A stretch of 63,532 nt of DNA, filler included, from Octopus bimaculoides (Eukaryota), in the NCBI RefSeq assembly GCF_001194135.2. It is 5 parts of 4 records of this genome, joined end to end, with 100 filler letters (N's around TTAATTAATTAA, not from the genome) between each part and the next. Parts side by side here need not be neighbours in the genome. Positions count along the whole stretch, not along the records: positions 1 to 23,267 come from NC_068987.1; 4 more parts are not named here. The stretch is one strand, 5' to 3'. Shown here piece after piece: positions 1-11,351 of the stretch. A program made the translations under genes and the position numbers. Position 1 is the stretch's first letter. Every line of letters starts with the position of its first letter. Below the pieces are notes generated by a model. The model saw only the letters and a list, made by a program, of their open reading frames with translations. It searched no databases and was not told the origin of the DNA.

Positions 1-1484
1 AGACATGAGGTAAATACCATCATGAGATTGGGAAGGCAACTACTTGACAAGCATTCCCTATTCGACAACCCTGAACTCTTACCCAAAGAAATTGCAAGAC
101 TCTACCGTAACATAACATCAGAGGAGAGGATGAATGCATTCCAGCAGAAGACCATGCATGGATACGTTAACGGAAAGCTCCAGGGTGATAACAACCTTGA
201 CAACCAGAGCAGTCTATCGTGGGCAAACAATCGGGTCACCAACTCTCACTTTGAAGGGTATGCCTTTGCTATTCAAGAACAAGAAATAACAACCAAATTT
301 CTAATAAACAAACGGGACAAAGAGGCGGGCAAAGCGTCACAATGTAATAATCGATGCAGAATCTGTGGAATCAGTATCGAAGATAACACCCACATCATTA
401 GCAGCTGTCCAAAAATGTCATCACGGTATTACCTAACCATGAGACATGATGTTGTGGCCAAGACACTGTACAATGAAATCCGCCGACAGGATAACCCCGA
501 GGCTAAGGAGATGAAAACCCATAATGAGGTAGAGGCCATTACCACTCACAATATGAAAGAGTATTGGTGGAATGTCCCAATAAAAACCTCAATAAAGTGC
601 AGACATAATAGACCGGATATAGTAATCTGGGACAGAGAAGAGAAACTCTGTACAGTAGTAGAAATCAGCTGTCCTGCGGATGTCAACATCCCACTNNNNN
701 NNNNNNNNNNNNNNNNNNNNNNNNNNNNNNNNNNNNNNNNNNNNNNNNNNNNNNNNNNNNNNNNNNNNNNNNNNNNNNNNNNNNNNNNNNNNNNNNNNNN
801 NNNNNNNNNNNNNNNNNNNNNNNNNNNNNNNNNNNNNNNNNNNNNNNNNNNNNNNNNNNNNNNNNNNNNNNNNNNNNNNNNNNNNNNNNNNNNNNNNNNN
901 NNNNNNNNNNNNNNNNNNNNNNNNNNNNNNNNNNNNNNNNNNNNNNNNNNNNNNNNNNNNNNNNNNNNNNNNNNNNNNNNNNNNNNNNNNNNNNNNNNNN
1001 NNNNNNNNNNNNNNNNNNNNNNNNNNNNNNNNNNNNNNNNNNNNNNNNNNNNNNNNNNNNNNNNNNNNNNNNNNNNNNNNNNNNNNNNNNNNNNNCAGAT
1101 TCATACCCGTGATTGTTGGGGCATTGGGATATGTAACGAACTGCCTCAACAAAAACCTGGAAAAATTAGGGTTCTCAAAACCTGAAAGAAAAAGGCTGAT
1201 TAGAAGACTACAGATTCAAGTCATCAATGGAACTGTAAAGATATGTAAAACTTTCCAAAAAATTAGCACATAAATACATATGCATGCATCTAGACATAAA
1301 AACGCATCCATAAAACAAACATACAAATCTGCGCATACACTAACACCAAATACTTCACACACACACATATGCACAAATACTTAGATGATGTTGATAAAAG
1401 TTCCAATGAAGGAGCCTTGAATTTATGTTAGAGTCCGGCTCTTTTTCTATGAACAAGAAATACAGAAATGAAACTGGTTGATAA
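1..1484 (+). mobile_element. 3' portion of an R4-clade (Dong/Rex6-like) non-LTR retrotransposon: CCHC zinc knuckle, restriction-like endonuclease and 3' UTR; 5' end lies outside the window
   Basis: Translation shows FEGYAFAIQEQEITT, CRICGISIEDNTHIISSC (C-x2-C-x8-H-x4-C), RHDVVA, RPDIVIWDREEKLCTVVEISCP (PD-(D/E)xK) and, after the gap, RFIPVIVGALG...RLQIQVINGTVKICKTF with a stop ending at 1273. The UTR runs into CATACATACAT at 1485-1495. Confidence 0.9.
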
Positions 1485-1495
1485 CATACATACAT

Positions 1496-1670
1496 ATGAA
1501 GGAAAATGTTCTCTATGTGGCCTGTGTGTTTTCTGTACTCTGGTTATTATTATTTTTTGTCTACGTTTTGTTTGCAACGTCCTGTATCCAGATATGCACC
1601 TATATATACAGGTAGATGTAGGTATGCACACACTTGTACGTATATATGCATATACTCATTTACTATTTGC

Positions 1671-1672
<2 letters not shown>
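1496..1672 (+). repeat. Dispersed ~180-bp repeat 'X' (probable retroelement terminal fragment) followed by (TACA)n
   Basis: Near-identical reverse-complement copy at about 9577-9752 (GAAGGAAAATGTTCTCTA...TACTCATTTA). Confidence 0.8.
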
Positions 1673-1702
<30 letters not shown>

Positions 1703-1882
1703 CATACCAGGTTATGTAAAGGAAGACTTTCGGATTTTTACTTGTGTTTGGCAACTTGTATCGCCATGCTGAGTTTTTAATTTGATACCACTTGTTCTCC
1801 AATCGATGCTAAATTCTTTCTTCTTTGTTTTCATATATACCGTAGACATTAATTGCTTATTCTGCACTTTACATCGTTGATA

Positions 1883-2150
1883 ATGAGTGGTGAAAAGATT
1901 GCAATTAGGGCCATTTTATGCTAACTTTCGAAAACAGGACTGCGCCCAAGTGCTGCGGCAAAAGAAATTAACGAATGGAAACGCCCGGGAAGTGTCAGTG
2001 AACGTATGGCATAAAACTGGTTCAGATGATTCAAAGAAGGGGACACCAGCCTCAAAGACAAGACAAGGTCAGGGAGACCTGCTATTGAAAATGAAGCCTT
2101 TTTGGATGAAGTGATCGAATAACAACCAGTTGAACATTTTTGGCAGAATC
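1883..2150 (+). pseudogene. Mariner transposase N-terminal (HTH) relic
   Basis: MSGEKIAIRAILC*...AAAKEINE...SVSERMA*NWFR*FKEGDTSLKDKTRSGRP, matching the mariner WF.RFK.G..SLED.PRSGRP motif, with in-frame stops. Confidence 0.8.
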
Positions 2151-2159
2151 TGATCGTTC

Positions 2160-3510
2160 AAAAAAGCTCCATCATTTGTCATCCAATATAGCGGATGCAT
2201 AATTTTTGAAGAGGACAATAAACGTTAAGGCAAGACAAACATCTTAAGTCATATACGCTGTTATTATTGGAAAAATTCAAAGTCTTACAGAGTATGGGAT
2301 ATTCCGTCATCGGAGAGCAATAGGGAAAATGAGAAGGGTGTAGATTAATGAAAAGACGATACAGAGGACAGGAGAAAAGGAATACGAAGAAGAAGGAAGA
2401 GAAGAATAAAGAAGCATAAAAGTTCACAGTTCAACTTTCCGATCATGTAGAAGTAAATCCGTAAGTCCTTAGGTGCAATCCTTTGTAATTCCATATCGGT
2501 TGGAGTCCTAATAGTGTAAATATCCAGACATACACGCGAACATATCAACGTTCAATGAGAGCAGAAGTGGCTATTAAATGGTAAAAAGAAAGAAAAATAA
2601 ATAGAAAGAGAGGTAGAGAGAGTGAGGGAGGAAATTAAAGATTGGCATTAAGGATAAAATGTGGTATATAAGAATATAGTGTATAAAAATAGAGTGTTCA
2701 AGAATAACCAAGAAGATAAATAAATAAATATATAAGGGGGGGGGGGAAAGAGAGAGGAGGAGGAGGTAAATGAAGATAACGTAAAAAACATAAGTAAAAT
2801 GAAAATAATTCAAAGAGAATAGTAGGTGCCAGTAGTATTCTTCTAGTCTGTATTGGTTGGGGAGGAAATCTAGTAGTAAGTGCTTGTGTTCGCTTTATTG
2901 CTAAGGTCAGTGGCTGTAGAAATATTTTTAGCAATAGGGTATGTGTGTAGATATCCGTGAATCGAGAAACCAGTTGAATGTTAAGTTATTTAGGAATAAG
3001 AGTTAGAATTAAATATTAGGGGATTTATTAGATTACGGTTTAAGAATAAATCAAAGAATTAACACTTATAAAGTGATGAGGTAAGGTTGATAGAATAGAT
3101 ACACAGATGTTTGTACGTGAGTTTTATTCGTGGGGGCTGAATTTACATTTGGATTTATGGGAGAATTTAAAAGTGCGGAATAATTTGTGTTTACATGTTG
3201 TGAAGGCTTCGTTGTGTTAAACAATTGTGGTGAGTTATGAGTTAAAATTTTGAGGGCTTCTTTTAAGCAGAGTCCACAAGTGGAGCGCTGGTGCTGATAT
3301 GGGATACCAGAATCTATTATAGCCCAGGAAAGTCTATATTGTATTTTCTATTAATTAGATGGTGTACGTGGCTGGCTAATGATGGGAATTGCTATTTATA
3401 TTTAAACGAATTTAAATGTGCATAATATCTTTGCTTAAAAGGTGTGGTAGAGCCAATCTAGTAGCTATTGGATTTATTCACTCTGTGAAAGGCGCATAGG
3501 TATACGACGT
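2160..3510 (-). mobile_element. Penelope-like element 3' remnant: degenerate GIY-YIG endonuclease (~3160-3510) followed by UTR/terminal repeat
   Basis: Minus-strand translation gives GSTTPFKQRYYAHLNSF...SLASHVHHL...WAII...CGLCLKEALKIL...LFN. The downstream 2160-2420 segment has a second copy at 12450-12735 and carries a hammerhead remnant. Confidence 0.75.
2283..2317 (-). ncRNA. Internally deleted hammerhead-like motif (CCGAUGA core variant)
   Basis: TCT-CCGATGA-CGGAATATCCCATACT//CTGT-A-AGA; the GAAAC half is missing relative to the copy at 12568-12619. Confidence 0.45.
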
Positions 3511-3550
3511 TGAATCTTCTGCAATGGGCTCGCAGAGGTGCAGTCGGTTA

Positions 3551-3596
<46 letters not shown>

Positions 3597-3749
3597 TGTA
3601 GTAGTGCTGCTAGTGAACAAGCTCAAGGCTAGGGTAGTATTAGGTGAATCGCTCGTGATATTCCTATCATCACTATCGTCATTTCTATTATCAATATCAA
3701 CGCCACCGTTAGCATTATTATGATCAACGTCATTATCGCTATCGGCATC

Positions 3750-3751
3750 GC

Positions 3752-3815
<64 letters not shown>

Positions 3816-3821
3816 GTAATA

Positions 3822-3859
<38 letters not shown>

Positions 3860-3873
3860 TAATAATAATAATA

Positions 3874-3916
<43 letters not shown>

Positions 3917-3934
3917 TTATTTATTATTATTATT

Positions 3935-3996
<62 letters not shown>

Positions 3997-4015
3997 ATAG
4001 TATTAGTAGTAGTGT
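3750..4015. repeat. Compound (ATA)n/(TTA)n/(TAG)n microsatellite
   Basis: Directly visible. Confidence 0.97.
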
Positions 4016-4071
4016 TAGTATCAGCAATGGTAGTGAAGGTGGTATTAGTGATATAACTGTTATATAACTGT

Positions 4072-4393
4072 TATCTTTTGCTTGTTTCAGTCACTTCACT
4101 CCACTGTGGAGTACCGCCTTGAAGACTTTTTAGTCGAAGGAATCGACCACAGTACTTATGTTTTAAGCATCGTACTTAGTTTATCGATCTCTTTTGCCGA
4201 ACCGCAACTGGTTGTCAAGTGGTGATGGAAGGCATACACCCACATTCAGACACACACACACACTCTCTCTCTCTCTCTCACACACACACGCTCTGTTATA
4301 CAAACCCACACACATGCACATAAACATACACAGACTCACATACGCGTGCGCGCACGCAAACGCATACACACACACACGCACACACACAGACAT

Positions 4394-4491
<98 letters not shown>

Positions 4492-4640
4492 TGGATGGGA
4501 TTTCAGTTTCCGTCTACCAAATCCACTCACATTCAGGCTTTGGTCGGTCCGAGGTTCTCGTTGAAGACGATTGCCCAAGGAGCCACGCAGTGGGACTGAA
4601 CACATAGCCATGAAGGTGGGAAGCAAATTTCTTACCAACA
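4072..4640 (-). mobile_element. tRNA-derived SINE family B with an expanded internal (CA)n tract
   Basis: Reverse complement matches the full copy at 56354-56814 (GGGACTGAAC, CCAAGG, GTCTACCAAATCCACTCAC, TTTTGCCGAACCGC, CTTGTTTCAGTCA). Confidence 0.85.
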
Positions 4641-4650
4641 TGTCACACCT

Positions 4651-4880
4651 GTGCATGTATGTATGTACGTATGTATGTATGTATGTATGCATGTATGTAT
4701 ATATGTAAGTATGTATGTATGTCTCTTGTATGTATGTATGTGTGTATGTATGTATGCATGTATGTGTGTATGTATGCATGTGTGTGTGTGCATGTGTGTG
4801 TGTGTGTATGCCTGTGTGTGTTTGTATGTGTTTGTGTGTGTTTGTGTGTTTGATTGTGCACGCACACATACGTGTGTGTA
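4651..4880. repeat. (TATG)n/(TG)n microsatellite
   Basis: Directly visible. Confidence 0.95.
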
Positions 4881-5146
4881 CATATAGTGTTTCCCTGAAA
4901 TACTACATACTTAAAGCTAATGACAGTATTGCATGTAACTGAAGAAGATATTTTCATAGACGAGGATTGTTTGAGAATGACTTAAATGATTATAATTCTA
5001 AGTGCTGAGAATGATGATTATGAGACGGGACAGTTGTTTAAAAATTCATGCACAGCATAGGTGCAGGCATTTTCGTTTGTAAACTGTACAGTTTGCTTGG
5101 AGAGGATGCAAGTACAACGCGTATAGGTCTTCATACAGCTAGCTGA

Positions 5147-5532
5147 GGAGGCGCAATGGCCCAGTGGTTAGGGCAGCGGACACGCGGTCATAGGATCACG
5201 GTTTCGATTCCCAGACCGGGCGTTGTGAGTGTTTATTGAGCGAAAGCACCTAAAGCTCCACGAGGCTCCGACAGGGGATGGTGGCGAACCTTGGTGTACT
5301 CTTCCACCACAACTTTCTTTCACTCTTACTTCCTGTTTCTGTTGTGCCTGTAATTCAAAGGGTCAGCCTTGTCACACTGTGTCACGCTGAATATCGCCGA
5401 GAACTTCGTTAAGGGAACACGTGTCTGTGGAGTGCTCAGCCACTTGCACGTTAACTTCACGAGCAGGCTGTTCCGTTGATCTGATCAACTGGAACCCTCG
5501 ACGTCGTAGGCAATGGAGTGCCATCAAAAAAC
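5147..5532 (+). mobile_element. Full-length tRNA-derived SINE family A with a 12-bp target-site duplication
   Basis: A-box-like TGGCCCAGTGG and B-box-like GGTTTCGATTCCC; flanked by ACAGCTAGCTGA at 5135-5146 and 5533-5544; second copy at 59312-59616 (-). Confidence 0.92.
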
Positions 5533-6546
5533 ACAGCTAGCTGAAGTAAAGCATTTAAGACATAGCAGTATGAATATGATGCCTTAGATAGTTTTCTATT
5601 TCAAATTTGCTTTTGTACTGTACATTTACTATGACCGTCGCATTCATTTGGGTTTTGCGGTAATACAGGGCTAAAAAAACGCTAAAGTATCCCTCTCATT
5701 TATTTTGCGTCGACACTTAATAGCTGAGGTATACTATAAAGTTGTTATTCATAAACACTGCTACATCAAAGTTATTAGTTCATCCTTGTATGATTTTTTT
5801 ATTGTTTCAAAAACAATCAATACTAACCCTACAATAGTTTTATATATGTCTTATTCAGAAAGAGAACGATTTGTCTGAGTGTTAGCTTGAACTCTTCATT
5901 GATTACTCGGTTTGTACTACTTACAAGCGCACTTGATACTTCACATCCAAACCATCAACTCTCTCACCCATATGGAATTACTTTGCTTTTCATATATATC
6001 ATATTTAATATTTAATATCTTATATTTTAAATATTATGCTATATCATCAACACTTTCCTTTCCTTTCTAATCTTGTTCATTTCATTCTCCCCCATCTGCC
6101 CCGACCGAAATTTTAATTAGATAGAGAAAAAAATTAATATTAGATATGTAAATCGATAAAAACGTTATGTATCCAACTATTAAACATTATAATTATTCTT
6201 TTTTTTTTTTTCGTTTTCGTTTTCTCTTTTTTTCTTTCGCTTTCGGGATGGTTCAGTAACGACTAAACGAACACTCACAATACCATGCGTATGTATCTTT
6301 ATACATCATCTACTATCTTTTAAAATTACATGACATATGTTTTAATGTACACAACCACATTGATGGCTGTATATACTGAATTAAATCCTAAAATATTCGT
6401 AGCCATTGTTGCTTCAAATTTTCTTTTCTTTGGACCGAGAACTTTATAAAGCATTTTTACTTGTGTACATTGCAAGGACACGGTCGCGCGTTCACAGACT
6501 CACACACGCGCGGATATATAAATACACACACACACACACACACACA

Positions 6547-6753
6547 TGACGCCATGATTAATCACTGACCAAACACCATCCAATTTTTTTTCTCCGTGTT
6601 TTTCTCCTTGTTTTCTCCATATTCTTTCTGTTGAAGAGCGTAGCTCGAAACGTTAAAGACTTTCTGTATTCCCGAGCGTCAAACTAATACATCCTTTTGT
6701 TGTTTACACCACCTGTCCTCGTTTGTTGTTGTTTTTTTTTCGTACTTTCTCCC
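6547..6753 (+). mobile_element. PLE-type terminal repeat (family P1) ending in (AT)n
   Basis: Near-identical copies at 29998-30154 and 57839-57911; contains a hammerhead-like motif. The PLE assignment is inferred from that motif. Confidence 0.7.
6623..6659 (+). ncRNA. Variant minimal type I hammerhead ribozyme motif (CUGUUGA core)
   Basis: TCTTT-CTGTTGA-A-GAG(cgtag)CTC-GAAAC-GT-T-AAAGA: stem I TCTTT/AAAGA, stem II GAG/CTC, palindromic ACGT stem III. Confidence 0.6.
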
Positions 6754-7196
6754 ATATATATATATATATATACATACGTATTCACGTTCATACATACATA
6801 CATTCATTGCAGACACGGATGCAGCAAAAGTATTCATCTAAATATAAAGACACACACAGCTCCAGAAATAAAATACTGATGAAATCTCTGAAATATACAT
6901 TCTATCCTACCTTGTTAAATAATGTCTGCGTCAGAGGATATCCCACAGGCTTCACCACGATAAAGATATTTTCTCTCCAATGTAACTAGGTTTATGGATA
7001 ACGTTTCGAATTTTTAGTGAAACCTTTCTTATTTATTTCGCAGTGGAAGGATTTTACTTAAGTACCATTTTTTTTTTTTTTTTTTTTTTTTTTTGTATTT
7101 TGTTCACCATTCAGGGCGTGTTTTCTTGGAAACAATATTTTTATTCATCTTTGTAGTCTAGATCGCTATTTTGGTTGAACTAACACTTTTTGTGAC

Positions 7197-7500
7197 ATCT
7201 TGGGCAAGTGTCTTCAACCATTGCCCGGGGACGACCAAAGCTTTGTGCTTGTATTTGGTAGTCGAAAACTGAAACAAACTTGTCGTGTAAATATCTATGT
7301 GAGAGTGTGTGCGAACACGTGTGTGTATCTTTGTGTCTGCATTTGTCCCCCGCCACCGCTTGACAACTGGTGTTGATTTGTTTACGCCTCAGTAACTTTT
7401 AAAGTACCAGTCGATTCATTCGACTAAAAGTTCTTCAAGGCAGAGCTACAGCATGGCCACAGTCAAATGGATGAAGTAGGTAAAACACAGAATATAAAAG
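7197..7500 (+). mobile_element. SINE family B, 5'-truncated and diverged
   Basis: CTTGGGCAAGTGTCTTC...GACCAAAG...CGACTAAAAG...CAGCATGGCC match 56354-56814. Confidence 0.8.
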
Positions 7501-7779
7501 ATAATATCAGATCCGGTTACGTTTGCTCTCAGGAAAATAGGAAATAACTTTTTTACGCTTAATTGTACATGCAGAACAAATGAAAAAAATATTTGAAATA
7601 AACTTTTCCATCTACAAACAAGTGTAACGTTACGTGATTGTTAAGATGAAATAAATAATTATGATGCAACTCCATGAAATTTCAGGAAACAAGTTTTACC
7701 AACTTTTGCCACACACACACACACACACACACACCTGAAACTTAAAGCTGACAAATTATGTCCGACATTAACAACAATC

Positions 7780-8660
7780 CATCTTGTACCGGTTATTGGT
7801 AGACTTTACAGACCAGTGACCAATATTGTTGAAACGAACTGATTCTGGAACTGTTGATGCTTTCAGTGATCGTACTTTCCTGGCAGGAACGTCAAATTTA
7901 TTTGCACTGCCATTTTTCTTGTTCTCGTTGTATCAGGCTTCTGAAAATATCAGTGTGGAAATAAACGAAACAACTTATACCTCCGAATTGGTGATAGATG
8001 ACAAATACGCTGACAATAACTAAGGAGATCATATTAAGAGGAATACCATGATAACATTTCTTGGTACGTATCTTGGTTCGATGAAATGCTTGACGTGCAT
8101 CAGCTTTATCTACCCAACTCTTGTAGCGGTTGTAATTTTCAACACTTTCAGAATGATTTACTTTCAGTTCCTTGCAATTCTTGCCTCGCAGAACTTGACC
8201 AATGATACAGGAACCTTACCAACAAATTTGGACATTTTCAGGACCTAGTGATTATATCATGCCATCCACAAATCACAGGATTATGTTTTTGCTTGACAAA
8301 CACAACACACATATGGATCCACGTCCCTCCTTTCTCATTACTGATTATGTAGGTATAGGGAACATTTTGACCCTTTAGTTCTGAGTGTGCCAACAGCAAA
8401 GTTTCCTTGACGTCTAACCTGAATAATAATTTCAAGTCTTGCTAATAGAATATGAAACAAAATCTTATGCATATGCTTTTCAAGATCGTTTGTAAGACGG
8501 GCACCACAATCTCGCTCTCTCCAAACTCATACAGAATCTGAACATTTGTAGATGGTTCTTTTGCATCGTTTTCTCTGAGGACTTAAAAATCGTAAATACA
8601 GCCCGACATTTCGGCAATACACCATATAATGTAAATTTGCTTCGGTTGTAAAAGGAACTG
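7780..8660 (-). pseudogene. piggyBac-family transposase relic
   Basis: Minus strand, in the expected order: IWCIAEMSGCIYDF (~8600-8628), GTLRT (~8377-8391), NYNRYKSWVDKAD (~8101-8140; cf. YN..MGGVD..D), HRTKIRTKKCYH (cf. YR..IR.KKWY); multiple stops and frameshifts. Confidence 0.75.
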
Positions 8661-9527
8661 AGATAAAATAAAAATACAAATAAGTGCAGAACATATTGTT
8701 GATGAAATATGTATCACGACTTCAGAAGTAACTCGTATGAAACACTACATCACCATTTAGATCCAATATATTTATTGAAACATTCCACATTTACAAGCAA
8801 AAAATGCAAGCAATGACGTTCTGTTCTCCATATTTTCTTGATGTACACTTAAATGTACAAAAACTTTTCATGATGATCTACTCTTATATATAAAATAAAA
8901 CGAAAGCAAACTTATAAATAAGAAAGAATGAACATATCTAAAGATAATACAACAGAAAAATAACAAAAGTAAGTTTTCACTAACTTATATTTTCAGGAAT
9001 GTCTGCTCAGCAGACTGGGAACTAATTTTACGTCTATCCTAGTTGAGGCTGCCATTTTGGAAGTACTTCACGATTATATCAAAACGCAATTGATTGTATA
9101 CTATAAAATTTGATGTAAGTGGTTTAAAATTATGACAGCTGAAACGGGACCTGTTCAAAATCAACAGACATTTTAATTTCGTACACTTATGTGTGCGTCA
9201 GACCTTAAAGTGTTAAAATGCAGATATGAAAGAAATATTTTCCACATATATCCGTGTGAGTATTTTTTCCCCTATTGTGAATTTATTTGTGCTTAAAGAC
9301 TTGACACTTCAAAGAGAATATTATCCCCATACGAAGAAAAAAAGAAAAAGAAAAATAGGGTTAACAAATTTTATTTTTATACGTTTAGTGAAAAACGAGA
9401 GAAAATATACTCATTGTAGATTTAGGTTCTCATTTCTGTTGAAAATTCAAACCAATGCTACTTGCGGACAATGTATAATAGCTAGGGAGTTGGGTGCAGG
9501 GCGTAGTGTAAATCTTTAAACACCGAC

Positions 9528-9530
9528 GAA

Positions 9531-9577
<47 letters not shown>

Positions 9578-9764
9578 CAAATAATAAATGAGTATATGCA
9601 TATATACGTACAGGTATGTGCATACCTACCTCTACCTGTATATATAGGTGCATATCTGGGTACAGGACATTGCAAACAAAACGTAGACAAGAAAATAATA
9701 ATAACCAGAGTACAGAAAACACACAAGCCAAATAGAGAACATTTTCCTTCATCAGCTACCCCCG
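9528..9764 (-). mobile_element. Repeat 'X' copy with (TA)n tail, inserted into the Tc1 left end
   Basis: Reverse complement of 1496-1672; flanked by TTTAAACACCGAC (9515-9527) and TTTTAACACCGAC (9765-9777), a 12/13 match. Confidence 0.7.
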
Positions 9765-9770
9765 TTTTAA

Positions 9771-10978
9771 CACCGACAGGAAGTAAATAGACACCTTTAA
9801 TTTTCAAAATGTCTGACCTAAGCGTCTTAATATGTTTTCAGCGGTGTAGAAGGTGCCATTATATTAAACATTTGCGAAGAGTTACCATGCCACGCACAAA
9901 AAAAATCAGCAGAACTCTCAGATTTTCAAAAGGTCGTATTGTTGGGCAATCTGAGGCTGGTCTTAGCCAGCGAAAAATTAACGAAAATCTTCAAATTCCT
10001 CTTGCTACTGTTAATAGAATTATAGTGCAATTCAAAAGCCAAGGAAAAGAATCAACAGATTCTCGTTCTGGCCGAAATGGGCCTTCGGAAAATAAAGCTT
10101 CGCTGTTTGAAGAGAATTGTGGAAAACGAACCCCGTTCGAAGGCTTCTGACATTGCAAAACAGCTAGAAGTTACTCCAAGAACGTGTTTTACATATCCGC
10201 ATAAGCTTGGGTATTATGGACGAGCAGCTAGAAGAAAACCTCTCTTTCAGCCAATTAATATCATGAAAAGAAAGAAATGGACTAAGGAGATGTCAGAAAA
10301 ATCCAGTTCATTTTGGAATAGAGTGATTTTCTAAGATGAATCCAGATTTGCATTATTTTCATACAGTGGACGTGTTTGGGTCTGGAGGCTTCCCAATCAA
10401 GAATTTGATTTGAAACGACTCCAACCAACTGTGAAACATAGCAGTATAACTGTAAGGGTATGGAGAGCTGACACCAGCAATGGTCGTTCTGAACTGATCG
10501 AATGTGTTGGAACCATAAACTCTGAAAAATACATCGAATACTTAAGCAAGGACTATTTCTGATGTATTCACATGATAACATAACGAAAAATGAGGTTTTA
10601 TTCATGGAAGATGGGGTTCCATGCCACACAGCGAAAAACAATCAACAATGGCTGACTGAAAATGGGATCAAAAAGCTTACTTGGCCGAGCCAATCTCCTG
10701 ACATGAACCCAATTGGAAATCTTTGGGGCATACTACATAGAACTATACGAAAAACTCGACAGAAACCGAAATTTAAAGATGAATTTTTTCGATTATTGCG
10801 TGAAAAGTGGGAAGAAATTCCACAAGAGACAATCACAAAGCTCATCAGTTCAATGCCAAAAAGAGTTTCTGAATTAAAAACTGCAAACCTATCCATTACA
10901 TTTCAATTATTCACTTTGCGTAATAAATAAAAGATTTTGAAAATTAAAGGTGTCTATTTACTACCTGCATGTCTGTGT
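9771..10978 (+). mobile_element. Near full-length Tc1 (DD34E-type) DNA transposon with ~40-bp TIRs
   Basis: Left TIR CACCGACAGGAAGTAAATAGACACCTTTAATTTTCAAAAT (9771-9810); right TIR ATTTTGAAAATTAAAGGTGTCTATTTACTACCTG..TCTGTG (10934-10978) followed by TA. Confidence 0.93.
9887..10900 (+). pseudogene. Tc1 transposase, disrupted
   Basis: MPRTKK...SGR, AARRKP, WNRVIF*DESRF, FMEDGVPCH, WPSQSPDMNPIGNLW (catalytic E replaced by G), SMPKRV; frameshifts split it over three track ORFs. Confidence 0.93.
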
Positions 10979-11044
10979 ATATACATAGATACATACACAC
11001 ATATGTATATTTTATATACGTGTGTGGTGGGAGAGAGAGGGCGA

Positions 11045-11120
11045 GAAGAAGAAGCAGAAGAAGAAGAAGAAGAAGAAGAAGAAGAAGAAGAAGAAGAAGA
11101 AGAAGAAGAAGAAGAAGAAG

Positions 11121-11160
<40 letters not shown>

Positions 11161-11161
11161 C

Positions 11162-11193
<32 letters not shown>

Positions 11194-11207
11194 TGATGAT
11201 GATGATG
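11045..11207. repeat. (GAA)n then (GAT/GAC)n microsatellite
   Basis: Directly visible. Confidence 0.95.
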
Positions 11208-11351
11208 TGACAGCTGTTTGGGAAGAAAATGGAAAATGTAGCAGATTATTAAATGTAACGTACTAAATATTAGTACTCCCGTTTCTCATTCGGATGTACC
11301 AACAGTTTGCAGCTCTAGTTGCTAAAACGTAGCTGAGTCCTTAGTCCTGAG

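Noticed and set aside
5147-5220. tRNA gene
   Set aside because: The tRNA-like A/B boxes continue into a repeated SINE body with a TSD; there is no complete cloverleaf.
8970-8997. Micro-intron gtaagt...ctaac...ttttcag
   Set aside because: About 28 nt is too short for a typical metazoan intron, and flanking frames give no recognisable protein.
9730-9764. Hammerhead in repeat X (CTGATGAAGG on the minus strand)
   Set aside because: No downstream GAAA box or stem III in either copy.
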